Source of the DNA: Desulfobacterales bacterium
GTDB lineage: Bacteria; Desulfobacterota; Desulfobacteria; Desulfobacterales; UBA5852
Direction of reading: 5' to 3'
DNA length: 64,000 nucleotides
Assembly (NCBI GenBank): GCA_963674755.2
Contig: CAXXVS010000001.1
Span: 1,152,001 to 1,216,000 of the forward strand
Part shown: positions 59,664 through 64,000 of the stretch, piece by piece
Layout: every line of letters begins with the position of its first letter
Numbering within the stretch: position 1 is the stretch's first letter
The notes under the pieces: model-generated
Database searches by the model: none
What the model was told of the DNA's origin: nothing
What the model saw: only the letters and a program-made list of their open reading frames with translations
Position numbers and translations under genes: made by a program

Positions 59664-60925
59664 GCCTCGCCGGCCTCCTGTTTGACGTGTTGGACCAGCA
59701 AGGCCTGGGCCTGAGCCATAAGAAGGCGGAGCTGGTCGGGGTCGTTCGGATCCATCGCGCGTGGTCCCCGCCGGTATTCCGCGGGCAACTTGCGGTACAG
59801 GCTTTGCAATACTTCGCCCAGCGCGCGCAGCGTATTTTCGTCGGATTGGAGCAGCGCCATGACCTGGTCGAGTTCCTGCAAAGGGCCTGGCGCGGCGGGG
59901 GCGGGTCCGGCCATGGCCGGAAGGCGGGTGTCGAGGAGCACCCGTTCGACCCAGATATGCTCCCCAAAATGGGCCAGGGCCGCCGCGCGGACCGCTTCCT
60001 TCCAATCGTCCGGATTCCCGGCGAGGGTGTTGTGAAGTGGTGTCGGGCCTGCAAAGGCAACCCGGACAATGAGGGGCAACGGATCGTTGGCCTGCACGGC
60101 TTCGCCCAGAACGGCGGCAAACCGTTCGAGGGCGGCCTGACGGGTGTCGGTATTCGTGAGATCGACGTCCAGGGAGGCCCATCGAATGACATCGAGGGGG
60201 TGATGGGCGATGTCGGGCGCGGAATTGCCCGATACCGATACCAGCACGGCGCCCTTGATGCCGTTTTCACGGATATGGCGGCCCTGGATGCAGCCGGGAA
60301 AGACCACCGGCGGATTCGTGGCCACGATTTCGAAGGCATGTACATGCCCCAGGGCCCAGTAGTCGTAGCCGCGGGCTTCGAGGTCGGCCAGTGTGCAGGG
60401 GGCGTAAGACGCATGCCCGGGCCGGCCGTTGAGGCTGGTGTGCAGCAGGCCGATGTTGAAATACCCGGGTATGGGTTCCGGATAGCCGAGGACGAGGTTG
60501 TCCGTGACGGCCGGCCGTGCAAAGCTCTGACCGTGCAGGGCGACCTTATGGGTTTCAATAAGCCGGGTTTCGGGGGCGCGGTGGGCAAAACGATGGACAT
60601 TGTCGGGATAGGGCAGCCGGCGGGTGATCTGACTGGCGGCATCGTGATTGCCGGATACGATGTAGACGCCGATGCCGGAGGCTTTCAGGCGATGCATCTG
60701 GGCGATGAAATAGAGGCCGGTATGATAGTCTTGCCAGTCACCGTCGAACAGGTCCCCGGCAATGATGATAAAGTCCACGGCTTCCGTCAGGGCCAGATCC
60801 ACCAGGTTTTCCATGGCCCGCCGGGTGGCCTGCCGGATTTCCTGGCGCGGGGCGCCCTCGTAAGTCTCCAAGCGGTGCAGGGGACTGTCCAGATGGATAT
60901 CGGCCGTGTGGATGAATTTGAACAT
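59660..60925 (-). CDS. yhaO: YhaO/SbcF-like Mre11/SbcD metallophosphoesterase nuclease
   Basis: ADIHLD, AGDLFD, GNHD, LHT, ALGHVH; ATGA overlap with yhaN. Confidence 0.9.
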   Translation of the reverse strand: MFKFIHTADIHLDSPLHRLETYEGAPRQEIRQATRRAMENLVDLALTEAVDFIIIAGDLFDGDWQDYHTGLYFIAQMHRLKASGIGVYIVSGNHDAASQITRRLPYPDNVHRFAHRAPETRLIETHKVALHGQSFARPAVTDNLVLGYPEPIPGYFNIGLLHTSLNGRPGHASYAPCTLADLEARGYDYWALGHVHAFEIVATNPPVVFPGCIQGRHIRENGIKGAVLVSVSGNSAPDIAHHPLDVIRWASLDVDLTNTDTRQAALERFAAVLGEAVQANDPLPLIVRVAFAGPTPLHNTLAGNPDDWKEAVRAAALAHFGEHIWVERVLLDTRLPAMAGPAPAAPGPLQELDQVMALLQSDENTLRALGEVLQSLYRKLPAEYRRGPRAMDPNDPDQLRLLMAQAQALLVQHVKQEAGEA

Positions 60926-61085
60926 GCCCTGATGAATCGCCTTTCGTCGCCAAAGGACCGTCAAGATGACGTGCAGATGTGGATAACGGAGCTGGATGGC
61001 CGGGTCAAGTCTAACCTGACCGCTCCGGCGCGGTTGGCGGATCGCAGGTATGCTCAAATCGTTTGCCGAATGGTCTTCTGAGGCC

Positions 61086-61114
61086 TTGAAAATTGATCCG
61101 GGATACGGTAGATT
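61086..61114 (+). promoter_or_regulatory. putative sigma70 promoter
   Basis: TTGAAA-N17-TAGATT. Confidence 0.4.
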
Positions 61115-61269
61115 GATCACCCTTTGGCTTAGCATTCCCCCATATTTTCTTGTCACAGGACCGCAGGCGTCCGGCGGCGTCCGCTGCCAAGGCGACGCCA
61201 GGGGCACGCATTGATGATCGGTCGGCGACGGCTGCCAGATCGCCGGCGATTTCAGAACAGGAGGCGCGT

Positions 61270-63159
61270 ATGGCGTCCAACGGCTATTGGGCGGATAACT
61301 ACCTTGATAAGAAACGGTCGGTCGAGGTGGCCATCAAGCTTATTCGGCCGGGGCAGCGCGTTTTTATCGCTTCGGCCTGCGGTGAACCCCAGGCGCTGGT
61401 AAAAGCCCTGTCCGATCGGGCAAGGACCTTATCCGGCATCGAGGTGGTCAGGCTGATGTCGCTGGAAACCACGCCCCTGACCATGATTGCCGACAAGACC
61501 CATGACCAGAGCATCAACATCCGCTCTTTCTATCTGGGTTCGGCACGCTCCAAAGCCATTGCCCGCAACCTGCGGTTTATCACCCCCATGAACCTGTCCC
61601 AGGTCCCGCGGCTTTTCAAAAGCCGCCGCCTGCCGATTCATGTGGCGCTGATTCAGGCGACCCCTCCCGATGACTTCGGCTGGATGAGTTTAGGGGTGTC
61701 AGTGGATATCACCCAGTCAGCGGCCCATTCGGCCGATCTGGTGATCGTCCAGGTCAATCCGCGCATGCCGCGGGTTTTGGGACGCAGTTTTATCCATGTC
61801 AACGATGTCGACGTCATTGTCGAACACGAAGAAGGGTTGCTGACGATCGACGAACCACCGGAGATGGAATCGGCCAATGCGATCGGGCGCTTGATCGCAC
61901 GACTGGTTGATGACGGATCGACGCTGCAGATCAGTCTGGGAACGACGAGCCAGGCCACCTACGCGGGGTTGTCCGATAAAAACGATCTCGGCATCCACAC
62001 CCAGTTTGTGACGGATCGGATCATGCATCTGGTCTCCCAGGGGGTGGTGACCAACCGTTACAAAGGCCTGAACGAAGGCAAGATCGTGGCCAGCAGCGCC
62101 ATCGGTTCCTCCGAGCTCTATGATTTTCTGGACGACAATCCCGGCATTGAGTTCTATCCATCCGACTATGTAAACGATCCCAGCATTATCTCCCAGCATC
62201 GCCGCATGGTGTCACTGAATGTCGCCATGGCCATGGATCTGACAGGCCAGGTGGCCGCGGATGCCTTGCCCTACAACCATTTTTCGGGCGTGACGGGCAT
62301 GCTGGATTTCATTCGGGGGGCGGCGGCCTGCGAGGACGGCAAGGCCATTCTCATGTTGACCTCCACCGATGTGAGCGGTACGAAGAGCCGGATCGTACCG
62401 AAGCTGAACGATACCGCCGTGGTGGTGCCCCGGGGGGATGTGCATTATGTGGTGACCGAATACGGGGCCGTCAATCTATTCGGGAAAAGCCTGCAGGAGC
62501 GGGCCATGGCCATGATCAGCATTGCCCATCCGGACTTTCGCGATGAACTGTTTCATCAGGCCAAGGAAATGGGCCTGCTGAGCGCCGAAAGGACGCTGCA
62601 CGACTCACTGCATGGTATCTATCCGGTCGAGCTGGAGGAGACGGTCGTCCTCGACAACGAGCCGGTCACCATCCGTCCGGCCAAGCCGGTGGATGAGCGC
62701 CGCATCCAGGAGCATTACTACAACCTGGATAAAGAAGACGTGATCTCGCGTTTTTTCCACGAGAAAAACAGCTTTATGCGTGAAGAAGTGGAGGGGGTCT
62801 CCCAGATCGATTATGTCAAGGACCTGACCCTGGTGGCGCTGGTGGGCGAATTCGGCTTCGGCAAGGTGATTGCCGTAGGGGAATACCTGCTGGATGAGTC
62901 CAAAAATATGGCCGAAGTGGCCTTTTCGGTCATCAAAGCCTATCAGGGCAAGGGCCTGGGGAAACTCTTCATCCATAAATTGGCCCTTGCGGCCCGGGAA
63001 AACGGCATTGCCGGCCTGATGGCCTTCACGTCCCCCAACAACAAGGGCATGATCCGGTTGTTCAAGACCCTGCCCTACAAGACGGATTCCTTTTATGACG
63101 GGGAGATGCTGACCCTCAGTTGCCGGTTCGACACATTGAAAGAATCTCTGCCGGGGTAA
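61270..63159 (+). CDS. acetyl-CoA hydrolase/CoA-transferase-like domain fused to a GNAT acetyltransferase
   Basis: PPDDFGWMSLG, YVNDP, DLTGQV, VVTEYG, IAHPDFR; C-terminal IRP...AEVAF..YQGKGLG...N..M..LF; GGAGG RBS. Confidence 0.9.
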   Translation: MASNGYWADNYLDKKRSVEVAIKLIRPGQRVFIASACGEPQALVKALSDRARTLSGIEVVRLMSLETTPLTMIADKTHDQSINIRSFYLGSARSKAIARNLRFITPMNLSQVPRLFKSRRLPIHVALIQATPPDDFGWMSLGVSVDITQSAAHSADLVIVQVNPRMPRVLGRSFIHVNDVDVIVEHEEGLLTIDEPPEMESANAIGRLIARLVDDGSTLQISLGTTSQATYAGLSDKNDLGIHTQFVTDRIMHLVSQGVVTNRYKGLNEGKIVASSAIGSSELYDFLDDNPGIEFYPSDYVNDPSIISQHRRMVSLNVAMAMDLTGQVAADALPYNHFSGVTGMLDFIRGAAACEDGKAILMLTSTDVSGTKSRIVPKLNDTAVVVPRGDVHYVVTEYGAVNLFGKSLQERAMAMISIAHPDFRDELFHQAKEMGLLSAERTLHDSLHGIYPVELEETVVLDNEPVTIRPAKPVDERRIQEHYYNLDKEDVISRFFHEKNSFMREEVEGVSQIDYVKDLTLVALVGEFGFGKVIAVGEYLLDESKNMAEVAFSVIKAYQGKGLGKLFIHKLALAARENGIAGLMAFTSPNNKGMIRLFKTLPYKTDSFYDGEMLTLSCRFDTLKESLPG

Positions 63160-63234
63160 GATTGCCTAAAGGCCGCCCGCGTTTGCCATCAGAAGTTAAA
63201 CCAGTCCCACGTCCATTACAATCAGGAGTTGTGA

Positions 63235-64000
63235 ATGCCAACGGTAACCTTTCTGCCCCATGAGAAATCGATCGTGGTGCCTGATGGCGAGAATCTATTG
63301 CGCGCGGCCATGGAAGCCGGCGTCCATATCAATGCCTCCTGCGGAGGGGATGGGGTTTGCGGCAAATGCCGCATCCTGATCGAGGAAGGCCGCCTGGAAG
63401 GTGGTCTCTCCGATCGCATCAGCCCGGAGGATCAGGCCAAGGGTTATCGCCTGGCCTGCCAGGCGAAAGTCGCCGGCCAAGACGTGGCCGTCCGGATTCC
63501 GGTGGAGTCCAGTATCGATGTCAGCGTGCTCAAGCGCCTGGCCACCCCCCGTCAGGCGGCCCGCATTCATCAGCCGGACTTCGAAAGCCTCAGAGAACAG
63601 GGGCTTTTCCTCCCGCCGGTGGAAGAAATCTACCTGGAACTGCCGGAGCCGAATGCGGCGGACAACCAGGCCGATGCCTCGCGATTGGTCAATTTCCTGA
63701 CCTTGAACCATAATGAACACCGGCTGGTGGTCACCATGTCCGTCATTCGCAAACTGCCGGACGTGCTTCGGGAAGATAACTTCCGGGTTACGGCCACCCT
63801 AGCCCGATCGGTGCAACCAGGACGCAAGACGCTGGTCATCAACGTTCAGCCCGGGGATGCAACGGACCGCAATTATGCCATTGCCATGGATATCGGCACC
63901 ACGACGATTTACGGGCAGCTGATCGACTTGAAAACGGGAGAGGTGTTGGCGGAAAAGGGCGATTTCAACGCCCAGATCAGCTATGGGGAAGATGTCATCA
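63235..64000 (+). CDS. RACo/ASKHA (DUF4445) corrinoid reductive activator with N-terminal [2Fe-2S] domain; truncated by window end and absent from the ORF track
   Basis: Own translation: MPTVTFLP...ASCGGDGVCGKC...RLACQ...MDIGTTT...NAQISYGEDVI; AGGAG RBS. Confidence 0.88.
   Translation, partial: MPTVTFLPHEKSIVVPDGENLLRAAMEAGVHINASCGGDGVCGKCRILIEEGRLEGGLSDRISPEDQAKGYRLACQAKVAGQDVAVRIPVESSIDVSVLKRLATPRQAARIHQPDFESLREQGLFLPPVEEIYLELPEPNAADNQADASRLVNFLTLNHNEHRLVVTMSVIRKLPDVLREDNFRVTATLARSVQPGRKTLVINVQPGDATDRNYAIAMDIGTTTIYGQLIDLKTGEVLAEKGDFNAQISYGEDVI

Overview
GC-rich bacterial chromosome segment. Gene content (Rnf with a c3-type cytochrome, AOR, rubrerythrin, RACo/ASKHA protein, CarD, split PurH) suggests an anaerobic Desulfobacterota, probably Desulfobacterales-like; this placement is inference. 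Left to right: pth-hppA, carD-rluD, a non-canonical cytochrome-rnfCDGEAB operon, a radical SAM gene, a dcw cluster lacking murB/ddl, split purH, and an accessory region (about 33-56 kb). After that come yhaO/yhaN, a CoA-transferase-GNAT fusion and a truncated RACo gene. No rRNA, tRNA, CRISPR array or intact mobile element was recognised. Four highlights. (1) An Rnf variant: RnfC lacks its NADH/FMN motifs and RnfD lacks the FMN-accepting Thr, while RnfB is fused to a GltD/NfnB-type flavoprotein and a pentaheme cytochrome leads the operon. (2) A sigma54 module: an atypical enhancer-binding protein, a palindromic UAS candidate and a -24/-12 promoter, facing a 79-aa orphan ORF and a GIY-YIG/DUF123 nuclease gene whose 5' part the ORF track misses (CTG start or -1 frameshift). 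(3) A CoA-transferase domain with catalytic Glu->Gln fused to a GNAT. (4) A collapsed recD2 relic. Family assignments come from motif recognition by eye; no searches were run.
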